This document shows positions 56,267 through 64,000 of a DNA stretch of 64,000 bases, in pieces. How positions within the stretch are numbered: position 1 is the stretch's first letter; the number at the start of each line of letters is the position of its first letter. The notes beneath the pieces were generated by a model. That model was given only the letters and a program-made list of their open reading frames with translations, searched no databases and had not been told where the DNA came from. The position numbers and the translations under genes are program-made. Origin of the DNA: a virus; IMG/VR virus record IMGVR_UViG_3300021479_000015, positions 4,223-68,222 of that record; one strand, written 5' to 3'.

Positions 56267-56969
56267 CGACTAGTTTCGCTCCTTTACGAAAGTTGTCCGG
56301 CTGCCACAAGGGTTGCAAATTTGTAAAGTGAAAACAAGCCCGTTGCTGTTCTGGCTTAGTCAAATCAAACGCCGCACAAGGACGGATATGATCGCAATGC
56401 CAACACTCTTGTCCTAAGCCATAATTATCCCAAGTCATACCGGGAGTAAATTTATGTTCGAGATACCCCATCAGATGCTCAATCGAACATCCAACCAGCT
56501 CCATCGTACCGGCAGATTTATTACCAACCGCGTTGCGAATTGCCATAGCTAAGCGGCTAGCAAGATTCGCTCGAATCGCAAAAGCTGGATATTTTTGTCG
56601 CTTATTCTTACGATATGCTTGAATTTTGTCACGATTACGTCGCTGATAAGCGCCATTCAACGCAACATGTTTCTCTGGAAACTTTTCCCGATAGCGCCGC
56701 GTAGCAGCTTTATGAACTTCGGGATTTTGTTTGCGGTACTCTTTAGTGTAGCTAGGATTTTCTTTGTGGAATCGCCGCTGCCTAGCCAAAGCTAGATCAG
56801 GATGACTACTGTGCCAATTTCGATTGTGCTGCTTATCACATTCGTAACACGAATAGCTTCTAACCCGACGAAAACCAACATGCCCGAAACGCCGACAAGG
56901 CGTATTTGACCAAAAATAAGCGAGGCCCTTCGCCAGAGCCTCGGCCCGCGTGACAACCTCAAATGCCAT
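56244..56969 (-). CDS. free-standing HNH homing endonuclease
   Basis: WHCDHIRP..HFTNLQPLWQPDNFRKG; more AT-rich than flanks. Confidence 0.85.
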   Translation of the reverse strand: MAFEVVTRAEALAKGLAYFWSNTPCRRFGHVGFRRVRSYSCYECDKQHNRNWHSSHPDLALARQRRFHKENPSYTKEYRKQNPEVHKAATRRYREKFPEKHVALNGAYQRRNRDKIQAYRKNKRQKYPAFAIRANLASRLAMAIRNAVGNKSAGTMELVGCSIEHLMGYLEHKFTPGMTWDNYGLGQECWHCDHIRPCAAFDLTKPEQQRACFHFTNLQPLWQPDNFRKGAKLVDAHPPAL

Positions 56970-56994
56970 GAGATCGTCACTAGCACGGAAAAAG

Positions 56995-57480
56995 CTATCT
57001 TTCAAGAAAGGAAATATTCCCGACCACGCTCTGAGTGTATCCGCCCGATTGAGCGCGAATACCAACGCCGACGATAGTAGTCGCAGGTATAACTATGTTA
57101 TCGCCGTCGTCCAATGCGCGCCAGCGATAGCTTCCACGCTGATTCACGCTCCAATTTTTCAGCGAAAGTCCGTTGCCCGCCGTAGTATACGTCAGCTCAC
57201 CTGTGTTGTTATTGAAGAACAGGCAAAGCGGCGAAGCATCCGCCGTGTCAAGCAGGTTGGGGACAACGCTGGTAGCGGTCAGGATGGCGGTGGACGAGAA
57301 GCGCGAAACATCCCACTGCACGTTGATATCGGTCGAAGCGAGCGCGCCATAATGCCCAAACTCGATCTCGTAGAGCTGGATGCGCCGCGCCTGAACCGCC
57401 GACGTAGCGTACAGCACGCCCGCCGTCCGATAAGTGGTCGTCATCGTCGATTGGGCGATGGGAGCTTCAAGGTTCGCCAT
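56995..57480 (-). CDS. virion accessory beta-sandwich protein
   Basis: AAGGAG SD; downstream of capsid gene. Confidence 0.65.
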   Translation of the reverse strand: MANLEAPIAQSTMTTTYRTAGVLYATSAVQARRIQLYEIEFGHYGALASTDINVQWDVSRFSSTAILTATSVVPNLLDTADASPLCLFFNNNTGELTYTTAGNGLSLKNWSVNQRGSYRWRALDDGDNIVIPATTIVGVGIRAQSGGYTQSVVGNISFLER

Positions 57481-57491
57481 TTAACGCTCCT

Positions 57492-57725
57492 TTAGGGAAA
57501 CAGCGCCCGCAAGACCGGCGGCTGTCCTGGTATCGATCGCTCGGCATCGATCTGATAAAGCCCTTGCGCGCCATCAGGGCCTTGCACCAAAAACGCCAAG
57601 CCCTGCTGCATCGCGAGTTGCTGCGAGCCCACCTGGGCTTGCGCGTCATTCAGCACGTACAGCTCGTCCACCTCGAACAACGTCGAGTTCAATCCTGAAG
57701 TCGTCTGGCTGTACGTCGCTGCCAT
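57492..57725 (-). CDS. small hypothetical protein
   Basis: 77-aa ORF in operon. Confidence 0.65.
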   Translation of the reverse strand: MAATYSQTTSGLNSTLFEVDELYVLNDAQAQVGSQQLAMQQGLAFLVQGPDGAQGLYQIDAERSIPGQPPVLRALFP

Positions 57726-57726
57726 A

Positions 57727-58929
57727 TCACGGCGCCGGTTGCAGAACTGCGATATCGGGACGGCTGCCCATCACCAACGCAAGCGTCGCGAGCGTGCTGG
57801 GAGCCGTGCCGGAAAGCGGCAAAAGAACGATGGACGGAGCACCTTCAAACAAGCCGCCGTCGAAGATGGTCGCCGCCTGCGCCGAAGTCAGCGTGGTCGT
57901 GGCGGTGCCGGCCACCTGGATGCCGGCTTGCAGCGGGCGCGGCTTCCACGCGAGCCCAAACGATTCGGACGTAGCCGAGATGGCGCCAGCCGGCGGCACG
58001 CCGCCCGCCGAAGTGATGCCTGCAAACGTGGTCGAGCTGTACCCAACGCCCACGCCCGATACCGTTGCCGATACGACCGTCTGCATGACAATCGCGGTCA
58101 GCGAGGCCGCCGAGCCCGCGCCGCCCACCGTTAAGGTGATGTTGGCAAGCGAAGCGTTGGCCAACGGAGCGCCGTTGTTGGTCACGAGCACGCCCGTGAG
58201 CGACCCCGAAGCCGTCAAGGTCACAACCAGCGAGGCGAGCGTGATGCTGGATCCTGCTAGCAGGTTCGGATCGAACGGGCTGGGGAGAAGAACGATCGGC
58301 GGCGCCGAAGGATATCCCGCGCCCTGATTGGTGAACGTGAAGCCCGTCAAGGTACCGCTCGACAGGACCGGGTAGCCGTTGGCAGCGATGCCGCCCACGC
58401 CGTTGGCGTTGTTCGAAGCCGGCGGCGGAGCGGGGATGAACGCGATCGGGGCGATGCCGTAGCCGGCACCATTCGCCGCCAGCGTGCCACCCGAAGCCAC
58501 GAGCGCACCGCCGATGATCGGCAAGAAGCTTGGAGGCGAATTGCCCGCTAGCGCCACCGAGGTGACCGTGATGGTAGTAGTTGCTTGCGCGTAGCCCGAG
58601 CCCGCAGCCGTGATGCTGGCTCCCACCACGCACCCGGTCAAATTGGCGAGGCGGCAGTTGAAACCATCAGAGCTGAGGTGCATCAGCCCGTTTTCCCAGC
58701 CGCCGGACGCCGCCACATACCAGGCGTTGGTAACGGGATCGAGAAATTCGAGAACGAGGTACATCCCGAGAGAAACGTACCAGTCGCCGGCGGGCACCTG
58801 CAGGCAGGTTCCAGGCGCCAACGTCACGCGGTTGTTGGAAAAATCATAAGGCGCGTTCTGCAGTTCCGTAGGGTAGAGGTTCTGCGGAAGCGGCAGGCCA
58901 AGACCGGGACCGGAAAGGAAAGGCGGCAT
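57727..58929 (-). CDS. putative capsid decoration protein with GxGY repeats
   Basis: directly after the capsid gene; AAGSGY, ANGAGY, TNQGAGY. Confidence 0.65.
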   Translation of the reverse strand: MPPFLSGPGLGLPLPQNLYPTELQNAPYDFSNNRVTLAPGTCLQVPAGDWYVSLGMYLVLEFLDPVTNAWYVAASGGWENGLMHLSSDGFNCRLANLTGCVVGASITAAGSGYAQATTTITVTSVALAGNSPPSFLPIIGGALVASGGTLAANGAGYGIAPIAFIPAPPPASNNANGVGGIAANGYPVLSSGTLTGFTFTNQGAGYPSAPPIVLLPSPFDPNLLAGSSITLASLVVTLTASGSLTGVLVTNNGAPLANASLANITLTVGGAGSAASLTAIVMQTVVSATVSGVGVGYSSTTFAGITSAGGVPPAGAISATSESFGLAWKPRPLQAGIQVAGTATTTLTSAQAATIFDGGLFEGAPSIVLLPLSGTAPSTLATLALVMGSRPDIAVLQPAP

Positions 58930-58941
58930 CGTGCGTGCTCC

Positions 58942-59994
58942 TCAGAACTGCGCGCTTGAAATGTTGTAAATCCAGGCGCCTGAACTCGACTTGGCCGAAA
59001 CAATATCGTAGCCGACCACGACCACACCTTGCTGCCCGACCTGCCCCAACGGCACCAGCGAGTAGAACCCGCTGAAGTCGAACGCGGCATCCTCCGAGAG
59101 GTACATCGCGGTGTACTTGACGTTCGGGAAGAAGGCATTCCCCTTTGGACAGAAGTGGTCGGCGAAAATCGGTATGCCAGAAATGTTGATGTTCGGGAAG
59201 CTCGACCGCACCGCGGTATCCATATTGTAGGAACCGCCCGGATTGACAAACTGCGTCTCCTGCGCGGTCAAACTTAAACTCAGCGTAGCGAGATCGCCGG
59301 GCGCCATGACCCCAAAGGTCGGCGCTTCGCCGCCGGCCGCATCCGTGATCTGCGCCAGGGCAACCGCCATGCTCTTGTTCGTAAAGCCGACCGTCGCGGG
59401 CGAAGTGGTGGCGCCCGTCGTGATCGAGTTCGCATTGATATACTGACCCTGAAATGCGGAGTTGCCGGGCGCGAGGCGGTTGATACCGCCGTAAGTCGGG
59501 AAGTTCGTACCGTTGTCGAATGCGCCCTGGAAGCTGTCGGGCAGCAGCGGGTTCGCGGAGTTGTTAGTAAACTGCAAACGTCCCATATTCTGGCGCGTCA
59601 CCGCGAACACGTCGTTCATGCGCGCCTTGAGAATCGATATTTCCCGATCGGTCGCCTGCAGCACCGTCTCGCCAAAAGGAAGCGGAACCGGCACCACCCA
59701 ATAGGCGAGGTTCCACTGGCCGTTCTGAATGCCAGGCGTGATGACGGGCGAGTTGAAGCCGCCGCCGTAGCCGGTAAAAGATCCCTGTACCATCGACTGG
59801 CCTTGCAGGGGAATCGTAACCTGGTTCAAGCCGCCGGCTGCCCGCTGGGCGTTGCCGGTCATGTAGAACAGGGTTGGTGAGCCGAAGTAAATCTGAACGA
59901 ACAAACGAGGAACAAAACACCTACGTGTGGTTGCAGCGAGTTCGTTGTACAAACTCCCGGCTGCAGGCGCGACACCGATTCCAGGGAGGGGCAC
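58942..59994 (-). CDS. major capsid protein
   Basis: 350 aa after portal/scaffold; NELAATTRR..FVQIY..SP, TYGGINR, GIPIFADHFCP. Confidence 0.8.
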   Translation of the reverse strand: MPLPGIGVAPAAGSLYNELAATTRRCFVPRLFVQIYFGSPTLFYMTGNAQRAAGGLNQVTIPLQGQSMVQGSFTGYGGGFNSPVITPGIQNGQWNLAYWVVPVPLPFGETVLQATDREISILKARMNDVFAVTRQNMGRLQFTNNSANPLLPDSFQGAFDNGTNFPTYGGINRLAPGNSAFQGQYINANSITTGATTSPATVGFTNKSMAVALAQITDAAGGEAPTFGVMAPGDLATLSLSLTAQETQFVNPGGSYNMDTAVRSSFPNINISGIPIFADHFCPKGNAFFPNVKYTAMYLSEDAAFDFSGFYSLVPLGQVGQQGVVVVGYDIVSAKSSSGAWIYNISSAQF

Positions 59995-59995
59995 T

Positions 59996-60676
59996 CTAGT
60001 CTCCTCTACATTTATCTGGTTGGCAGAGCCTATATCCAGCAGCTTCCACCAACTCGGGGTAATCCCTCAACAACACGAGGGCTGCAGCAACTTTATCAGC
60101 CACGCGTTGCCCGCACGGCTGAGTCTTCACCCACAGCTCTAGGTTCTCAGGGCGGTTATCCGCTCGATTACCGTTGATGTGGTGGACATTTTCGTTGCCG
60201 CGGAGTGAACGCCCTAAAACGCGCTCCATAATCACGCGGTGCATCTTGAGCTGCTTACCGTGGGCAACCTTAACTACGTGATACCCGTCCTGAGAAATGT
60301 GCCCTTTGGGAAGATCGCCGCCAGCACGCTGCGCCTCTCTCGCGGCAAAACGGCTTTCATGGAAACACTGCGTCGTGCAGTATTTTTGAACGAAATCCCA
60401 ACCACCTTCACGTTTTCCACCCAGCATATCCCTACGGCGAGAAAATGTACCGTGGCATCCTTGGCATTCGAAAGTGGGAGCTTCTTCGGTCAAATCCCTA
60501 GGATGGCGATGCGCGGCCTCGTAGAAGCATTTCATCGAACAAAACGGCTTCTCTCGCCCGTGCTTTTTTTCATAACCACGAGCAAGAGAACCCCGCATAA
60601 AAAACGTTTCGCCACACTGGCGGCAAACACGCGATACGTCAGTGTAGACACGAGGGCGTCCAGCAGGATTCGACAT
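59996..60676 (-). CDS. free-standing HNH homing endonuclease
   Basis: HRVIMERVLGR..ENVHHINGNRADNRPENLEL; N-terminal Cys clusters; AGGAG SD. Confidence 0.9.
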   Translation of the reverse strand: MSNPAGRPRVYTDVSRVCRQCGETFFMRGSLARGYEKKHGREKPFCSMKCFYEAAHRHPRDLTEEAPTFECQGCHGTFSRRRDMLGGKREGGWDFVQKYCTTQCFHESRFAAREAQRAGGDLPKGHISQDGYHVVKVAHGKQLKMHRVIMERVLGRSLRGNENVHHINGNRADNRPENLELWVKTQPCGQRVADKVAAALVLLRDYPELVEAAGYRLCQPDKCRGD

Positions 60677-60747
60677 GAGAATGGCTCCTATAGCGGCGTT
60701 AATGCCACTACCGGGTATCTCACATCGATCTGTGGAATGCAAGTGCA

Positions 60748-61335
60748 TTACCGGCGCTGCCCCCGTACCTCTGATAGCGTCTTGTTGACCATCGAATTGA
60801 GCAACGACTCGCTGTTGCCCTTGGTCTCGATCATCTTCTTGATATCGGCGTCAGCGTCGTTGGTCACGTCGTCCATGAAGTTCCACGCACCCGAGCCGCC
60901 GGGCGCGATCGGAGGCGGAGGCGGATTGCGACGCTCGAAGATCGCCACGGCGTCCTCCACGTCGAGAAGCCCCTTCTCCTCCATGATCGCCTTGACCTTG
61001 GCGATACCGTCGTCCATCCAGCCTTGCGCCTTGAGCGAGGCAAGACCGGAATCGACGCGCGAGGTAAGCGCGAGCAGGTTGGCCTTGCGCTCGTTCTCCG
61101 CCTTTTCGTCGGCAAGCTGCTTGGTCAGGTCCGCGATCTGCTTCGACACGGCGCCAACCGCATCATCGACCGGCTTGAGCATATCGTTGGTCGGTGTGGG
61201 AACGTTCGGATCCACTTCCTTGTGAAGCATCTCCAGCCGCGCCTTGCGCTTGGGGTCGGCCGTGATCTTGGCCAGCACGTCCTTCAAGCGCCGCGCTTCG
61301 AGAATCTCGGCCTCGTCAACTTCAACCTTCGGCAT
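60748..61335 (-). CDS. putative scaffolding protein
   Basis: charged coiled-coil protein upstream of the capsid gene. Confidence 0.6.
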   Translation of the reverse strand: MPKVEVDEAEILEARRLKDVLAKITADPKRKARLEMLHKEVDPNVPTPTNDMLKPVDDAVGAVSKQIADLTKQLADEKAENERKANLLALTSRVDSGLASLKAQGWMDDGIAKVKAIMEEKGLLDVEDAVAIFERRNPPPPPIAPGGSGAWNFMDDVTNDADADIKKMIETKGNSESLLNSMVNKTLSEVRGQRR

Positions 61336-61338
61336 GGC

Positions 61339-61527
61339 TTACTTCCCGCCCGGATTGCTGCCGGCCGCGGCAACGTGCGACACCCCGAGCTTGGCTTCCT
61401 TGTGCTGCGCCGGCAGATGGCTCTTGCGCCCACCGATCTCGATCTCCTCCATGTTGACGCGCACGATCTGCTCGTCACTCTCCGGGATCGACTTGGCTGC
61501 GTTCTGAAAGATGTTCAAGTTCGACAT
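61339..61527 (-). CDS. small head-region protein
   Basis: GAGGAG SD. Confidence 0.65.
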   Translation of the reverse strand: MSNLNIFQNAAKSIPESDEQIVRVNMEEIEIGGRKSHLPAQHKEAKLGVSHVAAAGSNPGGK

Positions 61528-61538
61528 CGTGATTCTCC

Positions 61539-61727
61539 TCAGTAGCCGTGCCCGCGGCGGGGACGGTCAACGGAATGGGTTTCGAGCGTGGAGTTTTTTC
61601 GCTCGCCCGGCGGCGGCGTCTTGCGATACGCGCGAGCTTCATCGGAGGTCTGATCAGTGCGGCAAGGATGCTCGGCAAGCGCGTCCGCCATGGTATCGTT
61701 GCATTTGAAAATGTTTTCGCGGCTCAT
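61539..61727 (-). CDS. small head-region protein
   Basis: ATGA-coupled. Confidence 0.55.
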   Translation of the reverse strand: MSRENIFKCNDTMADALAEHPCRTDQTSDEARAYRKTPPPGERKNSTLETHSVDRPRRGHGY

Positions 61728-62107
61728 GCGGCGGCTACCTGCGGCTGTGCTGCGCCCTGCTGGCGTTGCGCCATGATCGCCTGCATCTGTTGATTGTTCT
61801 GCGTGTTCTTCATCGCCATGTTGTCGATCTGGTTCTTCTCGGCAGCAGGCGTGACGGAACCTTGCGGCACGTACTTCGAGCCCTTCTTGATCATGTCCAT
61901 GATGGCCATGCCCATCTCGGAGGTGGCACCAGCCATCGGGATCAACTCTCCAAGCTGCTTCAAGACGAGTCCCAACTTCTGCGCAGCCGCCGCCTCATAA
62001 CCACGGTTCGGTGTCGGCCCCGTTGCCGGGGAAGAACCAAACGGAGCTTGTTTGGCTGCCGGCTGACCCGCAGCGGCGGGTGCAGAAGCTGGGATCGCAT
62101 CCGGCAT
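61724..62107 (-). CDS. P/A/Q/M-rich head-region protein
   Basis: ATG 62107 overlaps the TAA of the upstream peptide. Confidence 0.65.
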   Translation of the reverse strand: MPDAIPASAPAAAGQPAAKQAPFGSSPATGPTPNRGYEAAAAQKLGLVLKQLGELIPMAGATSEMGMAIMDMIKKGSKYVPQGSVTPAAEKNQIDNMAMKNTQNNQQMQAIMAQRQQGAAQPQVAAA

Positions 62108-62151
62108 TACTTGCGACCGTGCCGGCGGCCTCTGCGGTGACGAACGATCAT
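62107..62151 (-). CDS. 14-aa Arg/His-rich peptide MIVRHRRGRRHGRK
   Basis: GGAGG SD at 62158-62162; TAATG coupling to the next gene. Confidence 0.6.
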   Translation of the reverse strand: MIVRHRRGRRHGRK

Positions 62152-62205
62152 GGGAAGCCTCCATTGCCCTAGCGGAATGCGAGGGTGTCGCAAGGGTCGG
62201 CTCTA

Positions 62206-62234
62206 TTGACGGGCAAAACAATGACTGATAACTT
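62206..62234 (+). promoter_or_regulatory. sigma70-like promoter
   Basis: TTGACG-N17-TAACTT. Confidence 0.6.
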
Positions 62235-62283
62235 GGACACTCGCAGCAACCAATCCATAGCAATCTCATTTTCGGAGCTAAAA

Positions 62284-62541
62284 TTGCCGAAACGCAGAAA
62301 CGAAAACGCGCAAACCACCGCGTTGCTGGCGAGGAAGTACACCGATCCTACCGCTCCTCCGGACGATGCCTGCCTTCTGACCCTGCGCGAAGCCGCCTAC
62401 ATCCTTCGCGTCTCCTACAAAACGCTTTTCAATCTGACCCGACGAAAGCAGAACGCCCCGCCCTCCATCCGCATCGGAAAATATTCACCCCGCTTCCCGC
62501 GCGACGACTTCATGAAGTGGGTGCACAACCAAGGAAGATGA
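62284..62541 (+). CDS. excisionase/AlpA-like HTH protein
   Basis: LLTLREAAYILRVSYKTLFNL..PPSIRIG..RFPRDDFMKW; GGAG before TTG. Confidence 0.8.
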   Translation: MPKRRNENAQTTALLARKYTDPTAPPDDACLLTLREAAYILRVSYKTLFNLTRRKQNAPPSIRIGKYSPRFPRDDFMKWVHNQGR

Positions 62542-62897
62542 AAATGTATAGCTTGACGATCGCTTTTGGCGAGACGCCCGCGACGTGGCGACTTCTATTT
62601 AAGACGGAAGAAGCCGCAATCAGCACCTACAACGCGGTGTTGAAATCTCCAGAAATCCAGGAAGGTGTCAGCGTCACCGATGATTTCGGACAATCATGCT
62701 ACATCAGCCCAGCAGCAATCCTTGCTCTCATGCTCGAAGACCTTGACCGCTCCAAGCTGGCAGGCGTCGAGATGATGCTGCACAACGCGCGCACACAAGC
62801 GGATGCCAATGTGCGGGCGCGCAACGAGCCTTCGTTGCGGCAAGCGGCGCAAGGACCGAGCGTGTTCGTTCCCAACAATGGGCGGATGAACGGTTAA
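62538..62897 (+). CDS. hypothetical protein
   Basis: ATGA-coupled to the HTH gene. Confidence 0.65.
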   Translation: MKMYSLTIAFGETPATWRLLFKTEEAAISTYNAVLKSPEIQEGVSVTDDFGQSCYISPAAILALMLEDLDRSKLAGVEMMLHNARTQADANVRARNEPSLRQAAQGPSVFVPNNGRMNG

Positions 62898-63004
62898 GGT
62901 GTACCGCCACCTCGGCCCCCTTCGTCTGTGAAGGCCATAACGTATAGAAATAGAATCAGAAACAAGGCGCCGGCACTTATCCCGACAACCAGTTGCGCCA
63001 TTTC

Positions 63005-64000
63005 CTATCGCTTCCCGTGTCCATGCTTGAACGACTCAAGCAACAACTCGGGATGCTCCTTGAACAACTTGGCCTGCTCCGCCTCGTGCTTGCGGTTCTG
63101 CGCTTTCGCCTCCGCCTTGTTGGGCAGAGCCACGTTGTCGATCACGTACTCGGTCTGCACGATACCCGTCTTGTGCGCGGCCATCACAAGCTGAGTGTTC
63201 TCATCCGAGAAGATCGGGCTGGAGCTGTGAGAATCAACCGTCACGCGCCAATCGTCGGGGAGGTCGGTCAGCAAAAAGCTCGTCTCTTCCACGTCCTTCA
63301 CGGGGTCATCAGCCTTCGTCCAGTACTTGTGCGGATCCTTGGCTTCCTTGATGGTCAAGTCGAGATCGGCGCACTCCGCGCATTGCCGCTCCACCAGCAG
63401 CGCGCGGTCGCGCAACGTCGGCGACGCCATCTTCTGGATGAGGTTGGCGTGGTTGCCGGCGCGCACTCCTGACTCGCCCTGCCCCTGCATGATTTTCGGG
63501 AAGCCCGCCATCTCGTTGATTTGGTTGATCAGAAACTCCACAAGCTGCAACGCCTCGGGGGGAATCTTCGGCGTCAAGTCCTCCACCTTGCCGCTCTGTC
63601 CGAGGTTGGCGAAACCAGCCTGTCGAAACTGCGCGTAGAGTTCGTCCGTGATCGTCGTATCGCCCGAAAACGCCAGTATCTTATCGATCTGCAACCCGAA
63701 CAACCGCTTGAGATCGTCACATATACCCGACAGGAAGCCTTGCGCCTCGATCAGATCGATCAACTCGCTCCGCCCCCAGAACCAGTTCGTCACCTCGTTC
63801 GGCTGAATCTTCCTGTACGGCTGCATCTTGGGCACGCCCAGCAGGTTCGCCTTCTTGTGAATGGGCGCAATCAAGATATCCGGCTCGACAAACTGAATGG
63901 TCGTGTAATCCTCCTCGTCCTTCACCCACAACTCGTGAAACTCGACCGTCTCGGCACCGATCACCGGCCCCATCACCGAATAGTTAGCATCGTTGAAGAT
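63005..64000 (-). CDS. portal protein, 3' part (5' end outside the window)
   Basis: WFWGRSELIDLIEAQ, INEMAGFPKIMQGQGESGVRAG; position before the head genes. Confidence 0.75.
   Translation of the reverse strand: MFNDANYSVMGPVIGAETVEFHELWVKDEEDYTTIQFVEPDILIAPIHKKANLLGVPKMQPYRKIQPNEVTNWFWGRSELIDLIEAQGFLSGICDDLKRLFGLQIDKILAFSGDTTITDELYAQFRQAGFANLGQSGKVEDLTPKIPPEALQLVEFLINQINEMAGFPKIMQGQGESGVRAGNHANLIQKMASPTLRDRALLVERQCAECADLDLTIKEAKDPHKYWTKADDPVKDVEETSFLLTDLPDDWRVTVDSHSSSPIFSDENTQLVMAAHKTGIVQTEYVIDNVALPNKAEAKAQNRKHEAEQAKLFKEHPELLLESFKHGHGKR

Noticed and set aside
56244-60748. Group I introns around the two HNH genes
   Set aside because: Flanking genes appear complete with their own starts and stops, and there is too little non-coding sequence for an intron core
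1-64000. tRNA or rRNA genes
   Set aside because: No cloverleaf or rRNA-like sequence noticed in intergenic gaps by eye; a covariance-model scan would be needed to exclude them

Overview
The whole window looks like most of a tailed dsDNA phage genome, GC-rich and probably podovirus-like: it has portal, capsid, adaptors, nozzle and three ejection-type proteins, but no recognisable tape measure or tail tube. The host is inferred to be an alphaproteobacterium. Layout: (i) 1-12,000, minus strand, an accessory operon with a C5 DNA methyltransferase whose second subunit is overprinted, a sugar-modification cluster (GDP-mannose 3,5-epimerase-like, GT75/STELLO-like, GT-A-like, TPR-glycosyltransferase, FkbM methyltransferase), a small serine recombinase, a HiPIP-like [4Fe-4S] protein and a KTSC protein; (ii) 12,400-17,000, small early genes, a putative origin and a primase-helicase; (iii) 17,100-27,100, plus strand, a replication module (pentapeptide-repeat protein, atypical PolA, Cas4-like nuclease, VRR-NUC, SNF2 helicase, SSB-like); (iv) 27,200-64,000, minus strand, virion and lysis genes, including a ~12-kb accessory block between capsid and head-tail genes that holds a second methyltransferase-TPR-glycosyltransferase. 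The best candidate for an undescribed system is a phage-encoded pathway that makes, transfers and methylates an unusual sugar, plausibly onto Ser/Thr-rich virion proteins. All calls come from motif recognition by eye; no database searches were run.
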